Part shown: positions 15,358 through 24,062 of the stretch, one piece after another
Numbering within the stretch: position 1 is the first letter of the stretch
Layout: every line of letters starts with the position of its first letter
Origin: Pyrobaculum calidifontis JCM 11548
Lineage (GTDB): Archaea; Thermoproteota; Thermoprotei; Thermoproteales; Thermoproteaceae
Reading direction: 5' to 3'
Assembly: GCF_000015805.1 (NCBI RefSeq)
Contig: NC_009073.1
Location: 870,001 to 902,000 of the forward strand
Length of the DNA stretch: 32,000 nt
Notes under the pieces: model-generated
What the model saw: the letters and a program-made list of their open reading frames with translations, nothing else
Database searches by the model: none
Told to the model about the DNA's origin: nothing
Made by a program: the position numbers and the translations under genes

Positions 15358-16055
15358 TAGTACACTATTTCAAGTATTTTGATGTCAACGTCGCCGTGAG
15401 TCACGTCGTTTACCTTAGATATCAACACGTCTTGCAACCCCGCCGGTAGCTCCACCACGGCTTCCCAAGACCCGTCTGACTTGTAGCGCTCGTTTACAAT
15501 TTTCGCCATCTTGGCCACTAGGCCTTTCACCTTCTGGGCGTAGGTAGACGACACCGAAAGAGACATGCGCGCCGTGGCCACCTTTATGGGCAAAATTCTC
15601 TGTAGCTCCTTCAGTATCTCCTGCACCTGCTCCTCGGCAGGCTTAAAGGGGTCTATGGACACCCGCGCCTGTTCTAATGCGTTTTCCACCCTCTGGGGAG
15701 GAACTGGCGTCTTTGTCCTAACGTCTATACAGTTGCGGGAGATCCACTCCACTATCTGGCGCCTCTTGTCCTCAATAAGCCGCCTCCTCTGCTCAGCCGT
15801 GAGGGGGATTTCCCCCTCCTTTATGATTATCTCCGCTATCTTCCTCACGTCGGTAGTTCCAAACACCTTCTTCAAGGCTTGTTCAGAGGCGCGTAGGCCC
15901 TTCTTCGCGTCCTTGTACACCTCCTCGTGTATGAGGACTTTGTCTATCCCCAGGGGCTTCCCCATTTTCAGCTCCAGAGCCGCGTCGGGGTCTATGAGGA
16001 TTTCAAAGTGCTCTCCCTGCCTGTCCAGCTTGGCCACGGCCACTTTCTTTGTCAT
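15357..16055 (-). CDS. SBDS-family ribosome maturation protein
   Basis: 232 aa. The N-terminal FYSH-domain pattern (ARLDRQGEHFEILIDPD, KDAKKGLRAS) and the position upstream of rrp4 are typical of archaea. Confidence 0.9.
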   Translation of the reverse strand: MTKKVAVAKLDRQGEHFEILIDPDAALELKMGKPLGIDKVLIHEEVYKDAKKGLRASEQALKKVFGTTDVRKIAEIIIKEGEIPLTAEQRRRLIEDKRRQIVEWISRNCIDVRTKTPVPPQRVENALEQARVSIDPFKPAEEQVQEILKELQRILPIKVATARMSLSVSSTYAQKVKGLVAKMAKIVNERYKSDGSWEAVVELPAGLQDVLISKVNDVTHGDVDIKILEIVY

Positions 16056-16076
16056 CGGGTGGTGTCAAGCAGTAGG

Positions 16077-16083
16077 TTTATAT
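16077..16083 (-). promoter_or_regulatory. TATA box for the SBDS-exosome operon
   Basis: The minus strand reads ATATAAA, centred about 25 nt upstream of ATG 16055. Confidence 0.5.
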
Positions 16084-16110
16084 CCTTGCCGCGCGGCGGC
16101 TACCTACAAC

Positions 16111-16120
16111 ATATTTAAAG
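16111..16120 (+). promoter_or_regulatory. TATA box for psmA
   Basis: ATATTTAAAG is centred about 23 nt upstream of ATG 16139. Confidence 0.5.
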
Positions 16121-16138
16121 CTATAATATGGCACTCCC

Positions 16139-16867
16139 ATGTTTCCGCCAGCCATGGCAGGCTATGATAGGGCAATAACGATATTCTCACCTGAGGGCAA
16201 GATATACCAAGTGGAATACGCCGGCGAGGCAGTGAAGCGGGGGTGGCCCACCGTGGGCGTCAAGTGCAAAGGCGGCGTGGTGTTGGCGGCAGAGAAGAGG
16301 AAGATCTCAGCCTTGTTCGACCCCACGTCGCTTGAGAAAATATACCTAGTGGACGAGCATGTGGCAATATCGCCGTCTGGGCTTCTGGCAGACGCAAGAA
16401 TATTGATAGACTACGCAAGAGATGTGGCGCTGAGCCACAGATTTATCTACGACGAGCCCATAGACGTCGAGTATTTGACGAAGGCGGTGTGTAACCTTAA
16501 GCAACAATATACACAGTTCGGCGGCGCGAGGCCGTTTGGAGTGGCTCTGCTAATAGCGGGCATCGACGGGCGGGGCGCACGCCTATTTCAAACAGACCCA
16601 TCTGGCGTATATATCGGCTACTACGCCACGGCAATAGGCGCCGATTCTAGCACAATAATGGAGTTTCTAGAGAAGAACTACAAACACGACTTAGACATCG
16701 GCGGCTGTGTAGAGCTCGCAGTTAGGGCTCTGGCCACCGCAGTGGAGATAAGCGACGGCACAAACGTGGAAGTGGCTTACGCCACAGTGGAGGAGAAGAG
16801 AGTAAAGAAGATGACGCCGGAGGAGGTGACCGAATTAATAAACAAGCTCGGCCTTAAGAAGGCCTAG
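16139..16867 (+). CDS. psmA: proteasome subunit alpha
   Basis: YDRAITIFSPEGKIYQVEYA is the signature N-terminus. 242 aa. Confidence 0.95.
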   Translation: MFPPAMAGYDRAITIFSPEGKIYQVEYAGEAVKRGWPTVGVKCKGGVVLAAEKRKISALFDPTSLEKIYLVDEHVAISPSGLLADARILIDYARDVALSHRFIYDEPIDVEYLTKAVCNLKQQYTQFGGARPFGVALLIAGIDGRGARLFQTDPSGVYIGYYATAIGADSSTIMEFLEKNYKHDLDIGGCVELAVRALATAVEISDGTNVEVAYATVEEKRVKKMTPEEVTELINKLGLKKA

Positions 16868-17124
16868 CATAGGCGGAGCAGCACGGCAAGCTCCTTAATC
16901 ACCTCCCCAGGAGTCCTCCCCCTTTCGAAAAGCGCAGTGGATATGTAGAACTTGGCGGCGGCCTCGTCCACTTTGACGAATTCTGGGCTGGAGACCTTTT
17001 GAACAGCCTTTCTTAAACACTCTGGGGATGTGCCCGACGTGGTGCAGACGATTTCGCCCCCTCTTACATACTCCATGTGGCACTCTATCACTGCGCCGCC
17101 GCTTTGAACCACGTAGACACTCAC
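16864..17124 (-). CDS. hypothetical small protein
   Basis: 86-aa ORF convergent with psmA. No recognised motif. Codon bias is acceptable. Confidence 0.4.
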   Translation of the reverse strand: MSVYVVQSGGAVIECHMEYVRGGEIVCTTSGTSPECLRKAVQKVSSPEFVKVDEAAAKFYISTALFERGRTPGEVIKELAVLLRLC

Positions 17125-17163
17125 GCGTGGGTAAAGCTAGAAATATTTGATATACTTTTCTCT

Positions 17164-17580
17164 GTGAACTGCCCCATTTCGCTTCTCTACGCTAGGGCCT
17201 ATGTACACGCCACCGAGAGCATGGAAAGCGTGTTAAAAGCACTGGAGTCTGTGGCACGCGGCAGGCCAGTCGTCAAAAGCGTACAGGGGCACCACGGCAA
17301 CCCGATACACATAGTTGAGGTGAAGTTGGAAGACTGCGAGGCGTTAGACGCCTTGAAGTCTCTGCTGTCTAGGCTAGACGACGTCGAGTTTCAACTCCTG
17401 CTCTCAGGCATCGACGAGGGGAGACTCTACGCCAAGTTTGACAAACAGCGCGCCTATAGGGGCGTCTTAAGAGTGTCGCACGGCGACGATGTAATTCACC
17501 TAGAGGTAAGGGCGAGGACCCTCCTTGTGCCCGACTTGAGGCAGTTCTTAGAATCTCTGAGGGCTCAGGAGAAGCGTTAA
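17164..17580 (+). CDS. RNA-binding protein of the DUF54/COG1325 type (predicted exosome-associated subunit)
   Basis: The N-terminal ...YARAYVHATES..VLKAL pattern resembles the VHxTED start of COG1325 proteins, and the size (about 138 aa) fits. GTG 17164 avoids overlap with the divergent gene. The track ORF opens at 17077. Confidence 0.55.
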   Translation: MNCPISLLYARAYVHATESMESVLKALESVARGRPVVKSVQGHHGNPIHIVEVKLEDCEALDALKSLLSRLDDVEFQLLLSGIDEGRLYAKFDKQRAYRGVLRVSHGDDVIHLEVRARTLLVPDLRQFLESLRAQEKR

Positions 17581-17602
17581 AAATAGACGCGACCAACGCC
17601 CC

Positions 17603-17827
17603 ATGGAGCGTCTACCTGAAGACGCGGCTAAGAGGCTAAGAGACTTTTTGCAAAGACTAGAGGGCTTGGGGTCGAGGGCCATTGTGAACTACATCGCCTA
17701 CGAGTTTGAGGTCGGGGGACCCTCCATAGAGATATTGGAGGAGGCCGAGAGATTGGCGGCTCGAGAAATAGAGGAATTGAAATCGGTGGTAGAATTGATA
17801 AAGGAGCTTAAGGCATTGGTAGTGTAA
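17603..17827 (+). CDS. hypothetical small helical protein
   Basis: 74-aa ORF starting 22 nt after the previous gene. Predicted helical and acidic. No family recognised. Confidence 0.45.
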   Translation: MERLPEDAAKRLRDFLQRLEGLGSRAIVNYIAYEFEVGGPSIEILEEAERLAAREIEELKSVVELIKELKALVV

Positions 17828-17847
17828 ACGTATCGTATACGTATACT

Positions 17848-18765
17848 CTAGAGATCTACAACTATAGTCGATTTGTCCGCCCTTATCCACTCGGCTACCT
17901 CCTCTCTGTGGATCTCTGCCACGACCTTGGTCTTTTTCTGCCTAAGTAGCGGAGTTAAGGCCTCGGCGGTCTTGGGCGTGAGGCAGTAGTCAAAGTTTTC
18001 GACGAATAAGATGTCTGGCGCGAGCTCCAATGCTGTGGCCAGCGTCAGGAACATCTTTATTGAGCACGGGGCCTTGGAGAGGGGTATCTTGCCGCTTTTA
18101 CCGTAGAGCACGGCGCCGATTTTGCCAGGCTTTGCCAATCCCACGGCAAGCGAGAGGCCGAGCTTTTTGACGTGTGTCTTAACCGCGTCGAAGGAGTTGG
18201 GCTTGTGGAGGGCGAGGTAAGACAAGACTTGGGCCAAGTTTCTCCCATGCCGGTCCAGCTTCGTTGACAGCTTTGAGGCATCTACGGCGGAACGGGGATC
18301 CACGTAGGGGCCTATGTACAACGCGTCTAATGCAAGCCGCCGCCTAGCAGTTAGTATGAGGTTGTTTAACCGTTCTAAGTCCTCCTCGGCGACTATAGAC
18401 ACATGTTCCTGAGTTCGTATGGTGGGCATAATGACGTCTGCGCTGGCTATAGACACGTCGATTGGCTTAATTAGCCTGTGTATAGACTTAGACGGGACCC
18501 ACTCAAACACGACCTCCTCCCCCCCAACGCTTATAGTCTGTCTAACGCGCTTTCCATCTAGGGAGAGGCCGTAACTCACATCTCCCGCCTGTATAAACAC
18601 ATTCACATCTCTACTTATTTTTGGAATGTTTTTACCAATACTACTAATTATTTTACATAGTATTTCCAAAAATGTTGTTTTGCCAGTCCCCACTATAAAT
18701 GTTATATTTGTCAAATGTGCCGAGGCTCTTTTCCCCCCAATTTCGACTTCTACATACTCCACCAT
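17848..18765 (-). CDS. SMC/ABC-like P-loop ATPase (AAA_21/AAA_15-type), solitary
   Basis: Walker A-like FIVGTGKTTFLE. DRHGRNLAQVL resembles the RecF/SMC-like family motif. Walker B/D-loop reads DILFVENFDYCL. The 5' region is strongly A/T-rich. Confidence 0.75.
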   Translation of the reverse strand: MVEYVEVEIGGKRASAHLTNITFIVGTGKTTFLEILCKIISSIGKNIPKISRDVNVFIQAGDVSYGLSLDGKRVRQTISVGGEEVVFEWVPSKSIHRLIKPIDVSIASADVIMPTIRTQEHVSIVAEEDLERLNNLILTARRRLALDALYIGPYVDPRSAVDASKLSTKLDRHGRNLAQVLSYLALHKPNSFDAVKTHVKKLGLSLAVGLAKPGKIGAVLYGKSGKIPLSKAPCSIKMFLTLATALELAPDILFVENFDYCLTPKTAEALTPLLRQKKTKVVAEIHREEVAEWIRADKSTIVVDL

Positions 18766-18801
18766 CGGCGTAACTTCATAAATATGTTATAAATGTAGAC
18801 C

Positions 18802-19674
18802 GTGCTACCCATCGAGTTCATAGTAGAGGTATTTGTCACACCGCTGAAGGGAGTGCTAGCCCACGAATTAGCCGAGAGAGGCTTCTCCCAGAGCCGAATT
18901 GGCCAACTACTAGGAATCTCTCAGCCCGCCGTTAGCGCGTATCTAAAGACGCCGAGGGCGCAGTACGAGGAGAAGCTCATGCGAGTCGTAGACAGGCGCC
19001 AGCTCCAAAGCCTTGTCAGATCGGCGGCGGCGTTGGCCGAGTCCTCCCCCGCCGAGGAGGTCCTCCGCTATATAGACAACTACGCCCTGTCGCTTCTCTC
19101 ATCGCTACGCCTATGCCACCTCCACAGATCTATGTACCCACTCTCCCCGACCTGCGACATTTGTAAAGACATAAGCGTGCACACAGAAGCCGTCAAGCGG
19201 GTGGAGACCGCCTTGGCAATACTGCAAAACTGCGGCAACTGCCACAAACTGGTGCCTAAGGTCTTGATGAACATAGTGGAGCTCGGCCCAGAGGGAAGCG
19301 TAGGATTTCCAGGCAGGATATTCGTAGAGGGGACACGCCTAGTGGCCAGAGAGAGGCCTCGACCCGGCGCATCGCGGTTTTTAGGCCGGCTTGTGGAAGA
19401 AATCAACGCAATACATGGCGAAGTGAGGGCGGCGGCAAATATCGCATATGTGGCCAAAGACTGCGTCGCAAAGACGATGGCCGTCGCCGAGGTGGGGCCC
19501 AGCAACAGCGAGGACGAAATCGTAGAGAACATCAAAGCGGCGTTTAAAAGTGGAATATACGACGTGGTATACGACACAGGCGGCAGAGGCATTGAACCCA
19601 ACGCATACGTCTTTGGCACAGACGCGGTGGACGTTGCGAGCAAGATACTAGAAGTTGCCAAGTGTCTTAGCTAA
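18802..19674 (+). CDS. HTH transcriptional regulator fused to a ThiN-like domain (ThiR-like)
   Basis: The N-terminal HTH reads FSQSRIGQLLGISQPAVSAYLK. The C-terminal roughly 170 aa (NIVELGPEGSVGFPGRIFVEG..., GGRGIEPNAYVFG) resembles the ThiN thiamine-phosphate synthase-like fold that ThiR regulators use as a ligand domain. Confidence 0.55.
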   Translation: MLPIEFIVEVFVTPLKGVLAHELAERGFSQSRIGQLLGISQPAVSAYLKTPRAQYEEKLMRVVDRRQLQSLVRSAAALAESSPAEEVLRYIDNYALSLLSSLRLCHLHRSMYPLSPTCDICKDISVHTEAVKRVETALAILQNCGNCHKLVPKVLMNIVELGPEGSVGFPGRIFVEGTRLVARERPRPGASRFLGRLVEEINAIHGEVRAAANIAYVAKDCVAKTMAVAEVGPSNSEDEIVENIKAAFKSGIYDVVYDTGGRGIEPNAYVFGTDAVDVASKILEVAKCLS

Positions 19675-19809
19675 TCGCACGCGTCATGCCCCTCAGACGA
19701 GCAATTCGGCCTTCTGCTCCTTAAGTGGCTTTTGGTTCTGGCACTCTCTAGCCATACGGGGCGGGGTTTTCAGTTGTAAAATCTTTTAACCTATGGAGTA
19801 TCTATCGCC

Positions 19810-21390
19810 GTGTCGCTGTACACCTATGAGGCACTACCTGTAGCTGAGTGGTTTAGGCGTAACAAAGAGCTGGCAGGCTTTCACAACCCGACTAGGGCGC
19901 TCTATCAGACTATCAGAGAGCTTACTGAGAACTCGCTAGACGCCACCGAGACCTACGGCATACTTCCAACGGTGTATCTGCGGGTGAAGATTGAGGATGA
20001 GCAGAAGAGCTGGGTGTCCGTCTACGCCGAGGATAACGGGATAGGCATACCTGGGGATGAGATTCCAAACGTCTTCGGCCGCGTCTTCTACAGTAGCAAG
20101 TATAGGATTAAGCAACATAGGGGCGTGTTTGGGCTTGGCCTTAAGATGGTGGTGTTGTATGCCCAAAGCACTACGAATAAGCCTGTCTATGTCAGATCGG
20201 CTACGGTGAAGTCTGATAAGATATACGAGTATCAGATAATGATAGACACGAATAAGAATAGTCCAATAATCCTGGATAGGAGGGAGTATCCGAATAGGCA
20301 GAAGTGGCACGGAACTGCGGTTAAGGTGTACCTCGAGGGCAATTGGCTGGGGGCGAAGAAGAGGATTGAGGAGTACATTAAGAGGACGGCCATAATTGCC
20401 CCCTACGCGGAGATAGTGTTCAAGGGGCCTGACTTAGAGCTTTGGCTTAAGAGGAGAACGACGAAGCTTCCCCCGGCCCCCAAGGAGGGCCTTCCCCATC
20501 CGAAAAGCGTCGATGTGGATACCTTGAAGCAGATGATTCAAGCCAGCAGGGGGATGACCCTCCTTGAGTTTCTAACGGAGAACTTCGACGCCGTGGGGGA
20601 GGGCACTGCAAAAGCCTTCTTGGAGTGGGCTGGGTTTAACCCAAACGCGAAGGTGGCTGGGCTGACGCCGGAGGAGCTCGTGAGACTTGTGGAAAAGATG
20701 AAGCAGTACGAGGGCTGGAGGAGGCCTCGCGCAGATTGGCTGTCTCCCGTGGGCGCAGAGCTGTTGGAGATAGGCGCCAAGGCGATCTTAGGCGCAGAGG
20801 CCGTCTTCGCGGTTACTAGGAGGCCTGAGTCCTACGGCGGCCACCCCTTCATTGTCGAGGCGGCGGTTGCTTGGGGCGGCCAAATACCGCCTTCGGATAA
20901 GCCGATCTTGTTGAGGTATGCCAACAAGATTCCCCTCCTCTACGACGAAGGCGCAGACGTGGCTAGGAAAGTGGTGGACGAATTCCACTGGGATAATTAC
21001 AAGGTTAAATTCCCGGCGCCTCTCGCAGTTATAATACACGTTTGTTCTACAAAGATTCCATACGCCTCGGCTGGTAAGGAGGCAATTGCGGAGGTCCCGG
21101 AGATTGAGAAAGAGATGCGTCTAGCGCTGAGGGACGCCGCAAAGAAGCTTAGGTTGTACTTGTCGAGGAAGGAGAGGGAGCAGGAGCTCTTAAACAAATA
21201 CATCTCGCTCGCCAAGTACGTGGACGAGGTGGCGCACAATTTCTCCATTATAACGGGCGTAGATAAGGGGCGCCTCGTCGACAGTTTGTATAAGCTGATC
21301 GAGAAGAAGCTTGGCGTGACGGTAGAGGACGTGATTAAGCACGCCACTGCTGTGACTGCTCAAGCGGAGGAGTTGGCCGCCCCACAGTAG
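19810..21390 (+). CDS. top6B: DNA topoisomerase VI subunit B
   Basis: Bergerat ATPase motifs ELTENSLDA and EDNGIGIP, with GLGLK. 526 aa. Followed by top6A. Confidence 0.95.
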   Translation: MSLYTYEALPVAEWFRRNKELAGFHNPTRALYQTIRELTENSLDATETYGILPTVYLRVKIEDEQKSWVSVYAEDNGIGIPGDEIPNVFGRVFYSSKYRIKQHRGVFGLGLKMVVLYAQSTTNKPVYVRSATVKSDKIYEYQIMIDTNKNSPIILDRREYPNRQKWHGTAVKVYLEGNWLGAKKRIEEYIKRTAIIAPYAEIVFKGPDLELWLKRRTTKLPPAPKEGLPHPKSVDVDTLKQMIQASRGMTLLEFLTENFDAVGEGTAKAFLEWAGFNPNAKVAGLTPEELVRLVEKMKQYEGWRRPRADWLSPVGAELLEIGAKAILGAEAVFAVTRRPESYGGHPFIVEAAVAWGGQIPPSDKPILLRYANKIPLLYDEGADVARKVVDEFHWDNYKVKFPAPLAVIIHVCSTKIPYASAGKEAIAEVPEIEKEMRLALRDAAKKLRLYLSRKEREQELLNKYISLAKYVDEVAHNFSIITGVDKGRLVDSLYKLIEKKLGVTVEDVIKHATAVTAQAEELAAPQ

Positions 21391-21400
21391 TGGGGTAAAA

Positions 21401-21409
21401 CTATTTTTA
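21401..21409 (+). promoter_or_regulatory. TATA-like box inside a 7-bp inverted repeat between top6B and top6A
   Basis: GGTAAAA-CTAT-TTTTACC spans 21394-21411. The A/T core is centred about 24 nt upstream of GTG 21429. Confidence 0.35.
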
Positions 21410-21428
21410 CCGCCTCTCTCAACGGTGC

Positions 21429-22532
21429 GTGGGCGATAGGTCGCAGTTCTTAAAGCGGCTTGAGAGCTGGGGAGCTGAGTTGGCTAAAGCCGTGCTTGAG
21501 CTGAAGGAGCCCGTCATGGAGATTCCGGCGAGGACTTTGAGCAACACTATCTGGGACGAGAAGGCGAAGATTTTGAGGCTGGGCAACGAGAAGATACACA
21601 GGCGGTTTCTAGACTTGAAAGAGGCGAGGCGCTTTATGCAGACTGTGCTCATGTTGCGCCTAATAGTTGAGGCCATTAGGGAGGACGTGTATCCCACGAT
21701 AAGAGACTTGTACTACAACGGCAAGCACACGATAGTATACAAGGACCCGTTGGGGAGGACTCATAGGGAGAATACGTGGGATGAGCAGGACGAGTCTAAC
21801 GCGGTGATTGAGGACATCGAAGTCGCGACTAATGTGTTGAGAGAGGAGATGGGGGTCTCGGCGGATGTTAAGGGGAAGATCGTAGGGCCTATCATAGTTA
21901 GGTCTCAGGGCTATGAGCTTGATGCAAGCAAATTTGGCGAAACAGCGCTGAGCCTCCCAGTGAACGTCGACGCGTTAGAGATTGTAAAAGTGGAGGCCGC
22001 CTACGTACTCGTCGTGGAGAAAGACGCAATTTTCCAGCGCCTGGTGAGAGAAAAGTTTTGGAGCCAGGAGAACTGCATCTTGGTAACTGCCAAGGGCATG
22101 CCCGACAGGGCGACGAGGCGCTTCATAAGGCGCCTCAACGAGGAGTACAAGCTTCCCGTCTACGTATTGACAGACGGCGACCCCTATGGGTGGTATATAT
22201 ACTCTGTGTATAAGTCGGGCTCTATTAAGCTGAGCTACGAAAGTGAGCGCTTGGCAACTCCCGAGGCTAAGTTCTTGGGCTTGACTGCCACAGACATTGA
22301 CGCTTACAAAATATCCGATAACTATGTAATAGCGGCTAATGACCGCGACGTAAAAAGGGCGCAGGAGCTTCTACGCTATCCCTGGTTCCAGAAGCCGGAG
22401 TGGACTAAGGAGATAAACCTATTCCTGAAAAAGAAAAAGAAGGTGGAGATAGAGGCTCTCTCTACGCATGGCCTCAAGTTTCTCCACGACTATTTACGCG
22501 ACAAGATAAGAGGGGGCAAATTCATCGATTAG
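21429..22532 (+). CDS. top6A: DNA topoisomerase VI subunit A (Spo11 family)
   Basis: Catalytic Tyr region IRDLYYNG. Toprim motifs VVEKDAIF and LTDGDPYGWYIY. Confidence 0.95.
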   Translation: MGDRSQFLKRLESWGAELAKAVLELKEPVMEIPARTLSNTIWDEKAKILRLGNEKIHRRFLDLKEARRFMQTVLMLRLIVEAIREDVYPTIRDLYYNGKHTIVYKDPLGRTHRENTWDEQDESNAVIEDIEVATNVLREEMGVSADVKGKIVGPIIVRSQGYELDASKFGETALSLPVNVDALEIVKVEAAYVLVVEKDAIFQRLVREKFWSQENCILVTAKGMPDRATRRFIRRLNEEYKLPVYVLTDGDPYGWYIYSVYKSGSIKLSYESERLATPEAKFLGLTATDIDAYKISDNYVIAANDRDVKRAQELLRYPWFQKPEWTKEINLFLKKKKKVEIEALSTHGLKFLHDYLRDKIRGGKFID

Positions 22533-22582
22533 CTGCCTTTCTTTAGTCGTAATATATTTATTTATGTTGTCTATTTAGATCT

Positions 22583-23596
22583 ATGCGAGGCGAGGTTCGG
22601 AAGGTCCAGTTAACTGGCGGGGCTACCCTCATTGTTAGTCTTCCTAAGGAGTGGGCAAAACGCATCTCGCTATCGCCTGGGGATGAGGTGCTCGTGGTCA
22701 CGCAGCCAGACGACACGCTGGTGATCATCCCTAGAAAGCTGGGGAGACGCGCGGGCGTGGCGGCCGAGCTTGCTATAAATAGGCCGACTTCTGTGGAGGA
22801 GATTGAGAGAATATTTATGGCGCTCTACATAGGGGGTGCCGAGACTATTGTGATTAAGTTCTCTCAAGAGGCGATGGGGTTGCGTAAGCAGATTAAGGAC
22901 TTCATTAGGAGGAGGGTTGTAGATATGGAGATTGTGGAAGAAGCCAGCGATAGGCTCATCGTCCAGTCTATGATCTCCGCCACAGAGCTTGCAGTGGTGG
23001 ATGTCGCAGCTAAGATGCTCAGGCTCGTGGGCAACATGTTGAAGGATTTAATGGCAGGGCTTGAGAGAGATGATGTAAACATGCTTAGGGACATCATTGA
23101 GAGGGACGATGAAGTGGATAGGCTGTACTGGCTTATGGAGCGCCAGCTTAAACGCGCCGCCATGTCGCGCCACGTAATGCTGGAGCTGAAGGTGGACGAC
23201 CCACGGGACTTGGTTGAGTACGTAATAATCGCAAAGTCGATAGAGAGGATGGCGGACCACGTCTGTAGAATTGCCTACGTTAGCCAGGAGGAGAAGGTGA
23301 ACACGCGGATAATAATGCCGCTGCTCAAGACTGTGTCCGACTTTCTCGCGCAAGTGGAGAACTCCATACTCGGAGACACTCCTCCGCAGAGAATCGCGGA
23401 ACTGCAGAGCGAGATACTTGGGTGGAGTCAAAAGGTGAGGCGGGAGGAGACGCCGCCTGATCCGGCCACATCTATTGCCAAAGAAAGCGCTGTTAGAATA
23501 GGCGAGTATGTAGCCGACATTTTTGAATCTCTGGGAAGAATACGTCTCAAAGATAGGGCAATAGTCATCGGCGAGGTTGTCCACAAGCCGCAGTAA
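22583..23596 (+). CDS. AbrB/SpoVT-domain plus PhoU-domain phosphate uptake regulator
   Basis: The N-terminal swapped-hairpin motif is VQLTGGATLIVSLPKEWAKRISLSPGDEV. Two PhoU-like helical repeats (DDEVDRLY, ERMADH) follow. Confidence 0.85.
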   Translation: MRGEVRKVQLTGGATLIVSLPKEWAKRISLSPGDEVLVVTQPDDTLVIIPRKLGRRAGVAAELAINRPTSVEEIERIFMALYIGGAETIVIKFSQEAMGLRKQIKDFIRRRVVDMEIVEEASDRLIVQSMISATELAVVDVAAKMLRLVGNMLKDLMAGLERDDVNMLRDIIERDDEVDRLYWLMERQLKRAAMSRHVMLELKVDDPRDLVEYVIIAKSIERMADHVCRIAYVSQEEKVNTRIIMPLLKTVSDFLAQVENSILGDTPPQRIAELQSEILGWSQKVRREETPPDPATSIAKESAVRIGEYVADIFESLGRIRLKDRAIVIGEVVHKPQ

Positions 23597-24062
23597 CTGC
23601 GTAAATAGATTCAAAAAAGAGGTGTAACTTCTCTACTCTAACTATAGTGCACATGGCGTTAAGCGCCTCTGTGATGTGGGTCGCCCTGCCCAGGGAGCTG
23701 AAGACTAGTACCACAGTCCTCGGCCTATACATGGATATCCATCGTAAAACTTGTTGCGTTAATCCAAGGTCGTGTATTGACGGGTCAAGCGGCTCCTCGG
23801 GGGGCAGATATGGCAGATTTGACACCACCACGTCAGCCCTCCTCAGGGAGGTTGGTCCACTGCCGCAGATTACGTCAACCTCTTTTGGGCAGGTCTTACA
23901 GGCTTGAGGTTCTATATCTATTGCGAGTGTCCAGCGGCACCTAGTCGCCAATTTTCTCGCAATTATACAAGAGCCCGAGCCCACGTCTACACAGACGTCC
24001 CCCTCCAGCGCCTCTATGGCCCTTAGAGCCAGCTCTGTGTCTTCAGCAGGTTTGTAAATCAT
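23565..24062 (-). CDS. HemK/Mtq2-like N5-glutamine methyltransferase
   Basis: The YKPAEDTELAL start, SAM motif CVDVGSGSC, and NLPY (a variant of NPPY). Confidence 0.8.
   Translation of the reverse strand: MIYKPAEDTELALRAIEALEGDVCVDVGSGSCIIARKLATRCRWTLAIDIEPQACKTCPKEVDVICGSGPTSLRRADVVVSNLPYLPPEEPLDPSIHDLGLTQQVLRWISMYRPRTVVLVFSSLGRATHITEALNAMCTIVRVEKLHLFFESIYAVTAACGQPRR

Noticed and set aside
17821-17850. Cluster of short palindromes (CGTATACG, GTATAC, TCTAGA, AGATCT) between convergent genes, considered as a terminator or recognition-site cluster.
   Set aside because: The region is very short, partly overlaps the ATPase stop codon, has no T-run, and the stems are too short for a stable hairpin. 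It is probably incidental AT-rich convergent spacer.
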